Below are positions 12,150 to 24,600 of a DNA stretch of 64,000 bases, piece after piece. Made by a program: the position numbers and the translations under genes. The notes under the pieces are model-generated. The model was given only the letters and a program-made list of their open reading frames with translations. It searched no databases and had not been told where the DNA came from. Numbering within the stretch: the first letter of the stretch is position 1; each line of letters opens with the position of its first letter. The stretch covers positions 62,558,001 through 62,622,000 of the forward strand of contig NW_025963890.1 of the NCBI RefSeq assembly GCF_023055435.1, given 5' to 3'. This DNA is from Haliotis rufescens (taxonomy: Eukaryota).

Positions 12150-12440
12150 TTATGTGGTGGGGTAAAATGGGCTTTAACGTCATCTATATTATAACACTTA
12201 CATTGAGACTTGCCAGCCCACTGAGATACCATGCCGCAGTTTAACGGGAATTCCCCACTAAGTCACAGTGTACTGACTCCGAGCCGACCGGTCCTTATTT
12301 TAGCCCCTTAAAGCCGCGCGCCAGGCAGGGTAACAATAAGTACAATAGTCTAACCTATTTTGGTATGACTCGGGCGGGGATCGAAACCCAGGCATTCCGC
12401 TCTCCGGGCGGACGCTCTACCACCAGACCACGGAGGCGGT
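12150..12440 (-). mobile_element. tRNA-derived SINE family 2
   Basis: Head ACCGCCTCCGTGGTCTGGTGGTAGAGCG..GGTTTCGATCCCC with Pol III A/B boxes. Body shared with 41420-41787. Confidence 0.8.
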
Positions 12441-13039
12441 CCGATACTGGAAATATTAATCTCTGTTGTTGTGTTGTGGGCACATATTACAGACATTCGC
12501 GTCTAGGCTATTATATGAAGTAAAATATAGATATAAATTTCAAAAAAACTATTTCTGACAGATGTGTCCTCGAAAGCTGTGGTTATCTGTGTGAGCAATA
12601 TTCCAGCTGCTCCGGACTTTGGGGTCCACATGTCACAACTTTTGAGGTTTAAATCGAGCATGCTGTTACCACAAAGCTATCAAAGAGCATGATACGACTC
12701 AAACTGATGGAAATCCCTATTTTGACTAGTGCCATACGTCCCTGTGTATTTTCAGATTGTCTCTCCTTTGACGCTTTTCTTCACTTATAAGCAGCAGGCG
12801 TTATATATTTCTAAAATGCACATATCGTTTTAAGTTTCAACAAAAACAGTAAATGCGCTTTCATGTCACTAGATTGTCTGGTTTGTTTACAGGCCGCCGC
12901 CGCATGGCAGGACTACTGTTGTGCAGCGTCAGGGAACCAACAAATATTTACTTTTTTTTTGTAAATTATGCGAGTGACGGCTGGTACCAGCTGGGCTGAA
13001 TATGCTAAACCATTTCTCGAAAACCTCGTGTCATCCTTT

Positions 13040-13618
13040 TATATAATTTTCTTGTGCATGTTTTCATATTTAGGTGGAACAAGAGGTGCATGTACAGACT
13101 GGAATGGAAGGTACAGATAAAGTGGCTTACTGTTGTCAAGGTTCTCAATGATTTCAACAGCTCTGTCCGCAAAAATATTTGCAGAAGTGCACCAGAGTAA
13201 TATCCAAGATAGGAATCAAAGCCTCTCTCTGTGGGTGTATACCTCTCGTTACAGAATCCAAGATGCCACTTTCCAACCATGTGAGCATCATAACCAAGTT
13301 GTTTCAGTGTTTGTGGTATTGTTGTTAGATTGGCCGGCAGGTGTTTTGCTGTATTGACCAATATAACGCCATCTTGTAGTCCGGTGTAATAAGGGAAATA
13401 TCCCGACATGTCGAGCATAAAGGCTGGACGTAAGAAGAGTTGAGGATGACTCCAGCTTTGGCCAGTCTGTCCAAGTAAGGGGTGATCATTTGAGGGTTCC
13501 GAAATCCAACATCATTCAAGCCGAGGTCATCAGCGACTATAAATACAATGTGAGGTTTATCTGCACATTCACAGATAAGAAACGTCAGAAGAATAAAGAC
13601 AGCTCTTTGGAGATTCAT
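13040..13618 (-). pseudogene. Arylsulfatase B-like pseudogene, 5' half only
   Basis: MNLQRAVFILL..KPHIVFIVADDLGLND. A frameshifting deletion destroys CSPSR (reads LCSTC), a second deletion follows YSGA, and homology stops after KYENM. Confidence 0.92.
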
Positions 13619-14951
13619 TTTGCTTCTGCTCAATGTGGTACATTGTGCTTCCATTTAAAGGTTTCCAATAGATAACGTGATTTTCGTGACCTGCTTAGAG
13701 CATGAACTCTCTCTGTGTGAATATAAAAAAAAATTACTCTCAGCATTTCAACGACATTTGTTGTTGCCTAGCCACGGACTGTCTTACATTTTATGGGTGT
13801 TTCAAAGCAACAACTTCCACAAGTGCACTGTTAATGCTGTACAGGACACAAATCCTCAAACATTATTTCGTATATGTTGTAGAGGTACTGACCTCACTAT
13901 GGAGAAGAACAGCTGCCACTGGTACCTTTTCGTCAACTGTCAATATTACTTCACTACTGGCAGTATGATCGGTGTGTCTTCACAGAGTACATACAATTCA
14001 CAGGGGCACTTATTGCTCTTTCTTATACAAGGGTGTTTTAGAGTGAGTGAGTAGAGTTTACCACGCCGCTAAATAATTTGTGTCAGTTTGATGGGAGAAT
14101 AAAACCCTATGTAAAATAGGAAACACACTGGCTGGGTACGATGTTGATAAGCTACCAATAGTAATTCTCAGGGTGAATCTGCGATATGATCCCACGATCG
14201 TTATTTCGAGGCACGACAAAGGGACGTAAAGTTTGCCTTATTTGGCCAAATGTGATCCTGTCAAGAAAATGGGCATTTCTTCTCAAATGTAGACCTAGAC
14301 TAACACAATGTTAAATCTGTTAAATTAAGCCTGCATCCAGTTTGAAAACAGTAGTATAGAAGTGAGTAAGTGAGGTTTTACGCCACTTTTAGCACTATTC
14401 TAGTAATTGCAAGGCACTGGACACCAGAAATGGGCATCATAAATGTGTGGAATAAAACCGAATCTTTAAGGTGAAACTTTAACAACCTTATATTAGCAGA
14501 AAGAATTTGAGACAATTGTAATTAATACCATGTGGATTCTAAAAAAACGTGAATGATTGTGTGTGATTTTAGTACAGCAAAGTAAACACAAACAAACTCA
14601 GGACGAAGCTGAGATTCGAGACCACGTCCCCTTGGTTGTTTTGCAACTTTATTGTTTGTCTAATAAACTCCGTCCGGCTATATGACGGCCATCTGTAAAT
14701 AGTTGAGTCTGGACCAGACAATTCCATGATTGATATCATCATTAGCAACCAACTCAGCAGTATGGCGAACAGATCCTATTAGTCGCCTCTTTCACCATTC
14801 ATGAGTTCCTGAAGACCAATTCTAACAGGATCTTCACGGGGATGCACTTATCCATACATTCATCTATTATTTTTATTTATCTTCAAGGAATCACTAACAT
14901 GTTCGGATGCGAAAATTATATCTTGGGTGTACAATCTCAGCGTACTTTGTA

Positions 14952-16394
14952 TCAACACCACCCAGGACTCCATACACCGCCGTAGTATTTTGGGTTCGCT
15001 CTTGGTACTGGAGTAGGATCCTGGGCTGGGACACGGGTTTTCTTCCAGTTGTCCAACCTCTTCTTCATCATGTCCACTAGCTCAGGGTACTTGGCTGAGA
15101 GGTCGAAATGTTCAGTTGGATCTGCAGTAATGTTGTAGAGCATGAAGGGAGGGAAGGTTTGGTTATCAGCTTCATAGACACCTTCGTCAATTCCCAGATG
15201 TGGCAAAGGAGCCCAACCATTGTGAATTCCTGGACTTCCTTGCATGAGTTTGAGATCTCCATACCGTATTGCAGCTGCTTCCCGCTCATCGTAGATGTTG
15301 TAGACGAACTCATTCCGTTTGGAGGGTCCACCATTGATGAGCATGTCGTACTGACTGACTCCGTCCATGTTTGGGTCTGTGTTCTCTCCACCAGCCAGCT
15401 CCACAAACGTCGGGTACCAGTCCACAGCATGCATCATTCCAGTGTTGAGGTAGCCTGTCTTCTTCAGAAGGGTTTTACTGTAGATAAATCCTGTGCCTTT
15501 TGTTCCCCCTTCCCACAGAGTATTTTTGGCTCCTCGTAAAGGCAAGTTATTAGCAGCACCAAATGTGGGACCACCATTATCGGTTGTAAAGACTAGCAAA
15601 AGATTGTCCATGAGGCCTTTGTCTTCTAAAGCCTTCGTAATGTTTCCCACAGCTTCATCCAAAGCACTAACCATTCCACAATATACCCTTCTGTTTTCGG
15701 TTTCTATATTCTTGTACATGTTTTCATATTTAGGTGGCACTTGAAGAGGTCCATGTACAGACTGGAATGGAAGGTATAGATAAAGTGGCTTACTGTTGTC
15801 GTGGTTCTCAATGGTACTAACAGCTCTGTCTGCAAACACATTTGCAGAATAGGTCTCATTGGCGCTTCTGTTGATGGTCAAGTTGAAGCGAAAATCCAGC
15901 CCCACTTCATCGCTACTTTCCTGTCTTACGTGAGTATAGTAGTCCTCCATTCCAGAGTAGTATCCAAGATAGGAGTCAAAGCCTCTCTCTGTGGGTGTAT
16001 ACTTCTCGTTACAGAAGCCAAGATGCCACTTTCCAACCATGTGAGCATCATAGCCAAGTTGTTTCAATTTCTGTGGTATAGTTGTTAGATTGACCGGCAG
16101 GTGTTTTGCTGAGTTGACCAATACGACGCCATCTTGAAGTCCAGTGTGATAGGGGAAATATCCCGACATGAAGCAGTTTCTGGAGGGCGAGCACAGTGGC
16201 TGAACATATGAAGAGTTGAGGATGACTCCAGCTTTGGCAAGTCTGTCCAGGTTAGGGGTGATCATTTGAGGATTTATATATCCAACATCGTTCCAGCCGA
16301 GGTCATCAGCAACTATAAATATTATGTGAGGTTTCTCTGCACATTCACAGTAAACGAAAGTGAGAACAATAAAGACAGCTCTTTGGAGAGTCAT
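14952..16394 (-). CDS. ARSB: Arylsulfatase B-like sulfatase, intronless, signal peptide, 480 aa (copy B)
   Basis: Uninterrupted ORF from ATG 16394 (MTLQRAVFIVL). All S1 sulfatase motifs intact. Confidence 0.95.
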   Translation of the reverse strand: MTLQRAVFIVLTFVYCECAEKPHIIFIVADDLGWNDVGYINPQMITPNLDRLAKAGVILNSSYVQPLCSPSRNCFMSGYFPYHTGLQDGVVLVNSAKHLPVNLTTIPQKLKQLGYDAHMVGKWHLGFCNEKYTPTERGFDSYLGYYSGMEDYYTHVRQESSDEVGLDFRFNLTINRSANETYSANVFADRAVSTIENHDNSKPLYLYLPFQSVHGPLQVPPKYENMYKNIETENRRVYCGMVSALDEAVGNITKALEDKGLMDNLLLVFTTDNGGPTFGAANNLPLRGAKNTLWEGGTKGTGFIYSKTLLKKTGYLNTGMMHAVDWYPTFVELAGGENTDPNMDGVSQYDMLINGGPSKRNEFVYNIYDEREAAAIRYGDLKLMQGSPGIHNGWAPLPHLGIDEGVYEADNQTFPPFMLYNITADPTEHFDLSAKYPELVDMMKKRLDNWKKTRVPAQDPTPVPRANPKYYGGVWSPGWC

Positions 16395-16427
16395 TTTGCT
16401 TCTGCTCAATGTGGTCTATTGTGCTTC

Positions 16428-16464
16428 TATTTATAGGTTTCCAATAGATAAGGCACGTCGTGAC
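16428..16464 (-). promoter_or_regulatory. Putative core promoter of copy B: TATA box, CCAAT, GATA site (AGATAA) and CGTGAC motif
   Basis: TATAAATA 34-41 nt upstream of the ATG, AGATAA at 16446-51, CGTGAC at 16459-64. Equivalent motifs at the same spacing in the other copies (e.g. 23638-74, 44211-47, 52119-55, 59104-40, ~9831-67). Confidence 0.55.
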
Positions 16465-16904
16465 TGGCCTTCGACTTGCATTCTTTCTGTGTGATTACCA
16501 GCTGCTCCCCTTGTGGTATATATATACATATACCACAGAATCTACGCAGATGTTACATGACTTTTTTCACAAAGCCTGCAAGTGAAACGATAGCGCCTAT
16601 AATACATGGAATTCTTCAATCTGAGATGTTTTGAAGTGGACAATGTTAATACTACTGAGCATTATTGTATTTCATATTAAGTTAAACATACAGTTCTCAT
16701 ATGTGTACTTGTGCTTTCCGTTCATTGGACCCAAATACACAGTAGGAGAAAGAAATATATGTGCAAGAATGCATTAACACTTCCTCCAGAAAAAGTCTAT
16801 ACCTCGTAGCTGTTTATGTTATGTATTAGACAGGGGGGAGGACCTAGTATCATCACTATTTGACAGTGTATCATGAACATAAAGTCGGATTCGTATAATG
16901 TTGT

Positions 16905-17176
16905 GAGTGTGAGTGAGTTTGGTTTAACGCCGCTTTTACGCTTTTAACAGTATTCCAGTTATATATATGGGAGGAAAGCCTGAAGTGATGCAGGTCTCGG
17001 ACGTTTACCACTTCGGTGAAACCCACGAGCACGGGTATGGTGCTGTCAAACCTAGAAACATAATCGGGTCAAACCGGGATTCGAACTCGCAATCATAGGT
17101 TTCTGGTGTTTCCATGGGACGCAACTCTGCACAGCGAATCCCGGCGCCTTAGACGACCGGGCCACCCGTGCCCCCT
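16905..17176 (-). mobile_element. SINE family 3 with tRNA-Leu-like head and (ACTC)n tail
   Basis: Head GGGGGCACGGGTGGCCCGGTCGTCTAAGGCGCC..GAGTTCGAATCCC. Other copies at 45800-45970 and 18049-18243. Confidence 0.8.
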
Positions 17177-18048
17177 CGTATAATGGATGAAATTGTTGAA
17201 GCGAATCATGAACACATGCTCATGATAAAGTCGGAATCGTATAATGGACTCCGATGAAAATGGAAAGGGTTTTGTCACTTTTTATTACACTTTTACAGCT
17301 GCAAATCTTTATCTTGAGCGTCATTGTATTCTATTACAAGGTATTGACGAGACACATTGTACCTATATGGGGAACGAGCGAATGCTTTAACCATAAGGCT
17401 ACCCCACCAGTATAAGAGAAGGGCGAGTGGAGACAATTTCGGTTTGACTAGTTTTAGCATTATTCTGGATTCAAGTACTGAGGCAGGCCTCTTTCAAGAC
17501 ATCCCACAGTGACAATATTCTACACATGTGAGAGCACACTAACATTAATCCTAGGGTCAGTTACTAATTGCTGCTAAAACGTATTAGCCCCGGTGTATGT
17601 ATGGTATTTTTTATTGTTAACCTAAAACTTTGTTCTTAAATATAATTTATTGATTTTTCATTGATCATTTGTAGTCATTTATTGATTTCACATTTACGTT
17701 TTGTAGATATCGATTAATGGGTTAACCTCTGATTTCCAATTTGATTTGTCGTGGATTTGTCTGATCCAGATTATACAGACAAAGGTGATAGAACGCTAAG
17801 GCCGATGGCTGTGGCTTTATACAGCATTCTGAGTTACTCACATATTTGACTTGATTAAGTGTTGCGTTGATACGTTCTGATTTTCGTAAATCAACCATGA
17901 CCCGCATGACTCTTTATACATGTTGGAAATGTCAATTAAAATGATTTCTTACCCGCATTTACTGGTGCAATTCATTAAAGAAAGCCAAACCCCAATCTGA
18001 ATCTCGCCAATCTGGTTATACAGAAACCCTATGTATACTATTAGAAGA

Positions 18049-18243
18049 GTGAGTGAGTGAGTGAGTGAGTGAGTGAGTGAGTGAGTGAGTTGGGTTTAAC
18101 GCCGCTTTTAACATTCTATCGCGTCGTGTCAGCTTAATGTGGGAGGAAAGCCCGAAGTGATGCAGGTCTCAGACGTTTACCAATTCGGTGAAACCCACCA
18201 GCACGGGTATGGTGCTGACAAACCTAGAAACATAATTTGGGCG
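18049..18243 (-). mobile_element. 5'-truncated SINE family 3 copy with long (GAGT)n tail
   Basis: 12-bp TSD ACTATTAGAAGA at 18037-48 and 18244-55. Empty paralogous site near 25003-12. Confidence 0.9.
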
Positions 18244-19636
18244 ACTATTAGAAGAATAACAGACACACGCAATTTATTGATCAGGGTTACACTATACAAA
18301 GCTTGAGTAAAAATATCAAAAAGTTTATTGTAGACACGTGGAGAACATTTCCAAATTTTGAGCATCAGTTACAAAAGTGATGTCTGATGCAATTCCCTAT
18401 TTTAACTTTACGGCGTGTCCCAATGTATTTTCAGGTGAACAATTGACTTGCGTTTAAACGTTTTCCTTTGCTTATAAGTACTAGAATCACTTTACCTTGT
18501 ATACAGCAGGCGTAATTAAAACTAATTATATTGTTTCACTTGCCTTTGCATGTGTTTGTAACGGGTGCCACCGATGGGGCAGTAAACACTCTCCTGGTAT
18601 TATCACTATTTGAAAGTGATTCATAAACACATGCTCATGAGATGTGTCGGAATTGACATTCGACTCTCGAGAGTTTTTATAAATATGGAAAGAGTTTTGT
18701 CGTTTATATTTAAGTTTCGACAAAATCAGTAAATGTGCTGTCGTGACATTGGGTTGTCTGGTCCATCACTTTATTGTCTGGTTTCTTGCCAGGCCGCCAT
18801 TGCACAGAAGAGTAGTCCTGTGTGGCGTCGGGCGACAAATGCACATTTAATTATTCATGCAAATTGTGTGAGTGGCGGACATGCTTACTCTTAACTGGTG
18901 CCATCCATCTCTGATTTTGAGTGATCATTTAAATATTTTCACAACTATTTTACCTTTTTCGCCCAAAGGAATCAGTTTCGGTTGATACTTGAGACTGGCT
19001 ATTCTCTGGAGTTTTAAATATGCATGTGTTTGTAACGGGTGCTACCGGTGGGACAGGATACGCTAATCTTTTCGCGTACACGTGGTATCAACAGTATTTG
19101 ATAGTTATTCATAAACACATGCTCATGGTATAGTCGGAATCGTACAATTGATTTATAATGATTATGGAAGTGTTTTGTAGCTTTTATTGTATGTACCGCT
19201 GTCTTGATTGACCATCACGATGTAGATGTCACTGAAGGATGGAGTACGGCAGTTATGGATTAAACAATCATATATCGATATATCGATGAAAGAATATAAT
19301 GGCGTATTGATGCATGAAGTAATGACACCATTTGTAAAGAAATGAAATGTTAACATTGAATTACTGCCTTGTCGGTGACTTGTGAAATATATCAGTCATA
19401 ACTTATCATAACTCTTAGCCATGCAACCCATGTTTGCCGTAAAAGGCGACTATGCTTGTCGTAAGTGGCGACAAACGGGATCGTGTGGTCAGGCTCGCTG
19501 ACTTGGTTAATGCATGTCATCGATCCCAATTGCGTGGATTAATGCTCATGATGTCAATCACTCGACATTTTTACAGACCGCCATCATATAGCTTGAATAT
19601 TGCTGAGTGCGGCGTTAAACAACAAATAAACAAAGT

Positions 19637-20141
19637 GGCTTCGGGAAAAATAGAAGTACTATTGATCGTTTAGTATGATTAGAATCCTTTGTTAAAAATG
19701 CTATTTTAAAAAAACAACACGTAGTATCAATTTTCTTTGATTTCGAGAAAGCATACGATACTACCTGGAAACAAGGCATTTTAAAGGATTTACATGATTT
19801 TGGTTTGAGAGGTCGTTTACCTCATTTTATATCACAATTTTTAACACAGTCAGTTTCTCAAGTCCGAGTGGGTTCCACCCTGTCTGACCATTAAAATCAG
19901 GATCAGGGTGTTCCACAAGGCAGTATTTTGTCTCACCTTGTTTAGTATCAAAATAAATAGTCTGTCCAAGGTTTAAAGTGATTCAGTGGATGGATCACTT
20001 TTCGTGGGTGATTTTAATATTTCTTGTCGTGGTAAAAAATGAATACCATAGAGCGGCAGTCACCAATCTGTCTCAATAAAATTAACAAGTGGTCCCTTGA
20101 AAATGGGTTTAAATTTTCTATATCAAAATCTAATTGTATAC

Positions 20142-20206
<65 letters not shown>

Positions 20207-21615
20207 CATAAAGACCCTGAACTATGTTTTAATGGTACCCCTATCAACGTGGTAAAGGAGGCCAAGTTCTTGGGACTTGTTTTTGACATCCATCTAACTT
20301 TCTTACCGCATATACAATACCTTAAAGCTAAATGTCTGAAGGCACTCGATTTATTGAAAGTAGTTTCAAATTCTAAGTGGGGAGGGGAGTCATCCCTAAA
20401 ACAACGCCGTCTGAAACTATACTTACAGTGCGACACTAAATTATAGTCTAATCAGTCAAATCCAGCTTTTGAATGCAGATTTCATCCTCTTTCATACAAA
20501 GATCTTTACACTAAGAAATCAACTCTTATTCCGCCACTTGAAATAAGAATTAAATCTGTCGTTTCCGCTGCTAAAATTAACCTACACGATATAGCTCCCA
20601 TTCAACTTTTATCATCACCTCCTTGGCAAATAGTAAGGCAAACTGTCGACCTGACATTTACTTAACTTAAGAAATCAGACACAAGCCACTAATTAATAAA
20701 CCAGAATATATGTTGGAATCATTGGTAACACAATGGCCGATGCTGCTGCAAAAGCACAACTTAGTAAATCTGTGACACCACTTCTGATCCCCTACACTGA
20801 TCATAAACCCGTGATTCGATCTTTCATCCGAAATCTATTGCAAAAGAAGTAGGACACCCAAGTAAGAATTAATAAATCAAATGAAATTAAACCAAATGTC
20901 GGTAACACCTACTTGGGTTGTCAGTCCAGATTTGATGAGGTCATTATGCGACGATGTCGTATTGGCCATTCAAAATATACTCATTAATATATATTGAAAG
21001 GTGAAGATCGTCCATTTTGTATCCCTTGTGACGAGAGAATCACGGTCAAACATGTCCTGTCTGACTGTATTGATTTTTCCATCAGAAAGGAACAATATTT
21101 GAAAGTTTCATTGCTGAAGGATCTTTTTAACAATATCAGCTCTTATTTAATCCTTGTTTTTAAAAAAAATAAATAGAACTGTTGAATAAATTGTGAAACA
21201 TGTATTTTGTAATTAATAAATGATACTTTAATATTGGTAGAATAAATTGGATAATTAAGATTGTTAGTGGCCTTATCTCGAAGGGGGTTGAAGTAGTGTA
21301 AAAGGATTCTCCCCCGAGATAGAACGTAAGTCCACATCATTCACAGTATATTTATTACTGCCACGGTTTTAATCGTAGAATATGTGTTCTTTTAATTCGG
21401 CTAAATTGTCAATAATCGCCAACACATAAAGGGATGATGTAAATCCTGCTGGGGTTCATGCAGGAAGCAAAAGTACTGTAAGTCCCCATGGTCCCTAGTA
21501 TGGTGATCTACCTTTACTTGCTGGCGATCTTTAGCTCGTTTTTATTATGAATTATTCTGTCCGTGATGTATTTTTATGGTTCCATCATAATCTACCATAA
21601 GTCTAGTTATTGTAC
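19637..21615 (+). mobile_element. 5'-truncated, decayed copy of the I/Nimb-type LINE (RT to 3' UTR)
   Basis: GFGKNRSTID, FDFEKAYD and GVPQGSILS match 61741-63282. Contains stops, frameshifts, an RNase H deletion and a (TA)n expansion. Confidence 0.92.
20143..20201. repeat. (TA)n microsatellite
   Basis: Pure TA run inside the decayed LINE RT. Confidence 0.98.
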
Positions 21616-21629
21616 TGTCTGTTGTTCTT

Positions 21630-24600
21630 ATAGTTCTTACATAAACAAAATCAGGACGAAGCTGGAACTCGCTACCACGTTCGCAGGATTTTGGACTTTT
21701 ATGGAGGCAACTCTGCACTGCGAATTCGGCGCTAAGACGACCCGTCCCAAAGGATGTTTTACAACTTAATTGTTTGTTTGGTTAATGACGTAATCAGTGG
21801 TATTAGGGCTATATGACGGCCATAAGTAAATAATTAAGTCTGGACCAGACAATTCAATGACTAATGTCATCAGCATCAACCAACTCAGCAAGTATGACCA
21901 ACATATCCTGTCAGTCGCCTCTTACACCATTCAAGACTCATTCTAACAGGATCTTCACGGGGATGCACTTAAGGAAAACCAGGTAATATCTCAACTCAGT
22001 AACACATATCCATATATGCATCTATTACTTTTAATTTATCTTCAAGGAATCGACCAATCGGCCACGAAGTAGCAAGCGAACTTGTAATCTATTCCAACAC
22101 ATATCTCAGTAATTCCAATGCGAAAAATATATCTGGGTGTACAATCTCAGCGTACTTTGTATCAACACCACCCAGGACTCCATACACCGCCGTAGTATTT
22201 TGGGTTCGCTCTTGGTACTGGAGTAGGATCCTGGGCCGGGACACGGGTTTTCTTCCAGTTGTCCAGCCTCTTCTTCATCATGTCCACTAGCTCAGGGTAC
22301 TTGGCTGAGAGGTCGAAATGTTCAGTTGGATCTGCAGTAATGTTGTAGAGCATGAAGGGAGGGAATGTTTGGTTATCAGCTTCATAGACACCTTCGTCAA
22401 TTCCCAGATGTGGCAAAGGAGCCCAACCATTGTGAATTCCTGGACTCCCTTGGATGAGCTTGAAATCTCCGTACCTTATAGCAGCTGCTTCCTGTGCGTC
22501 ATAGATGTTGTAGACGAACTCATTTCGATTGGTGGGTCCACCATTGATGAGCATGTCGTACTGACTGACTCCGTCCATGTTGGGGTCTGTGTTCTCTCCA
22601 CCAGCCAGCTCCACAAATGTCGGGTACCAGTCCACAGCATGCATCATTCCAGTATTGATGTAGCCCATCTTCTTCAGAAGGGTTTTACTGTAGATGAATC
22701 CAGTGCCTTTCGTCCCCCCTTCCCACAGAGTATTTTTGGCTCCTCGTAAAGGCAAGTTATTAGCAGCAGCAAATGTGGGACCACCATTATCGGTTGTAAA
22801 GACTAACAAAAGATTGTCCATGAGACCTTTGTCTTCTAAAGCTTTAGTGATATTCCCAACAGCTTCGTCTAACGCACTCACCATTCCACAATAGACCCTT
22901 CTGCGTTTGGTTTCTATGTTCTTGTACATGTTTTCATATTTAGCTGGAACTTGAAGAGGTTGATGTACAGACTGGAATGGAAGGTATAGATAAAGTGGCT
23001 TACTGTTGTCGTGGTTCTCAATGATTTCAACAGCTCTGTCTGCAAACACATTTGCAGAATAGGTCTCATTTGACCTTCTGTTGATGGTCAAGTTGAAGCG
23101 AAAATCCAGCCCCACTTCATCGCTACTTTCCTGTCTCACGTGAGTATAATAGTCCTCAAAACCAGAGTAATATCCAAGATAGGAGTCAAAGCCTCTCTCT
23201 GTGGGTGTATACTTCTCGTTACAGAATCCAAGATGCCATTTTCCAACCATGTGAGTATCATAGCCAAGTTGTTTCAGTTTCTGTGGTATAGTTGTTAGAT
23301 TGGCCGGCAGGTGTTTCGCTGAGTTGACCGATACGACGCGATCCTGTAGTCCAGTGTGATAGGGGAAATATCCCGACATGAAGCAGCTTCTGGAGGGCGA
23401 GCACAGAGGCTGAACGTAAGAAGAGTTGAGGATGACTCCAGCTTTGGCAAGTCTGTCCAGGTTAGGGGTGATCATTTGAGGATTTATATATCCAACATCG
23501 TTCCAGCCGAGGTCATCAGCGACAATAAATACAATGTGAGGTTTCTCTGCACATTCACAGAAAACGAAAGTCAGAAGAATAAAGACAGCTCTTTGGGGAA
23601 TCATTTTGCTTGTGTTCAATGTGGTACATTGTGCTTCTATTTGTAGGTTTTCAAAAGATAACGCACGTCGTGACTAGCCTTGGGCATGCATTATTTCTGT
23701 GTGATTACCTGCTGCTACCGTTGTGGTATATATATATACCACAGAATCTACGCAGATGTTACATGACTTTTTTCACAAAGTCTGCAAGTGAAACGATAAC
23801 ACCTATAATACATGGAATTCTTCAATCTGAGATTTTTTGACGAAATAGGAAGAACTGGACAATGTTACTACTACTGAGCATCATTGTATTTCATATTAAG
23901 TTAAACATACAGTTCTCATATGTGTAATTGTGCTATGCGTTCATTCGCCCCAAATATACACAATAGCAGACAGAAATATATGTTATGTTATATACAAATT
24001 ATTTACACTCTTATCATTGTGTTAATTGTGTATATGAATGGGGCCTACAGAAGAGCTCTATACCTGGTAGTTGTTTATGTCATGGTTTATGTAGTGGACA
24101 TGTGGGCAGGACACGCTCACCTTTTCGCGAGTACCTAGTGTGATTACTATTTGATAGTTAATCATGAACACATCTTGTTTTGAGCGTCATTGTATTCTAT
24201 TACTAGGTTGTGATGTTTTGTTAAGCTTTGAAATAAATTAATTTAGAAGAAACATGCGTTTGGTGGGTTGTCCTGTATTGTGGTTGACCAGAAATAGACG
24301 TCACACATTGTGCTCATGTGTGCGTGACGAGCGAACGTTTTAGCCCCTCGACTACCCCACCAATGTAACAGCAACAGGAGGGTGATTTAAGAACAGAGGA
24401 AGACCTCTTTCAGAGACTCATCTGTGACAATATTCTGAAACTTCGTGAGTGCACTAACATGAATTATAGGGCCGGTTATGTGTTGCTCCTGAGACGTATT
24501 GATCAATTGTATTGCCTTTTTTATTGTAAACCTAAAACTTTGTATTTACATATAAATTATTGATTATTCATTGATCATTTGTGGCCATTTATTGATTTCA

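Noticed and set aside
12370-12440. Functional tRNA genes here and at 41420-41490, 17075-17176 and 45870-45970
   Set aside because: The heads lack a proper acceptor stem and continue into shared SINE bodies with tails and TSDs.
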